From the IMG/VR virus record IMGVR_UViG_3300009702_000022, positions 64,001-76,460 of that record: 12,460 bases of DNA; one strand, given 5' to 3'. This document shows, piece after piece, positions 12,365-12,460 of this stretch. The position numbers were made by a program, and so were the translations under genes. The notes under the pieces were generated by a model. The model searched no databases. It saw only the letters and a program-made list of their open reading frames with translations, and was not told where the DNA came from. The first letter of the stretch is position 1. Every line of letters begins with the position of its first letter. This DNA is from a virus (taxonomy: Duplodnaviria; Heunggongvirae; Uroviricota; Caudoviricetes).

Positions 12365-12460
12365 GACCGTACGTTGACAATTTAGAATCGCTTCGCTTCA
12401 GGAGGCAACGCGGGCGGGCTGGCGGTCGGTCTTGCCGGTTTGTCTTGAGAAAGGCAGTCA

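Larger units (their letters stand above)
1..12460. mobile_element. Probable large-phage early/accessory gene region (divergent transcription units of small hypothetical genes)
   Basis: Dense short ORFs with SD sites and ATGA overlaps, eight near-consensus sigma70 promoters, SprT-like proteases, and no cellular housekeeping genes. No virion or integrase gene is present to prove phage origin. Confidence 0.75.

Noticed and set aside
12374-12401. TTGACA as a ninth promoter
   Set aside because: No TAnnnT at a 16-18 bp spacing.
12382-12459. Possible 3' end of a convergent minus-strand gene (...PPALPPEAKRF*)
   Set aside because: Only about 25 codons are visible at the window edge, which cannot be supported without flanking sequence.

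Overview
This window looks like the early (accessory or host-takeover) region of a large tailed bacteriophage, or a related mobile element, using the standard genetic code. It holds about 26 short, mostly hypothetical CDSs in two divergent arms: minus strand at <1-2739 and plus strand at 3245-12253. There are no housekeeping, structural, tRNA or rRNA genes. The only products I can recognise are two SprT-like HExxH zinc metallopeptidases (one per arm), several acidic or Cys-rich proteins, and a 419-aa protein with Cys motifs and a probable OB-fold tail. The most striking signal is non-coding. (i) Eight sigma70-type promoters all read YTTGACW-N16-TAnnnT, with an invariant 16-bp spacer and related flanks. 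Two pairs are near-identical cassettes, and several begin exactly at the stop codon of the upstream gene, suggesting mobile promoter cassettes. (ii) An iteron-like array of six YTGATACCRG repeats lies between the divergent promoters. (iii) A degenerate 9-bp repeat family recurs in three intergenic regions. (iv) There is a candidate pseudoknot and a 90-nt hairpin. (v) A 440-bp intergenic block holds 10-bp-phased G-tracts between two terminators, plus a 38-bp palindrome over a promoter -35. Host, taxonomy and all functions beyond the metallopeptidase motifs are inference and need database or experimental checks.
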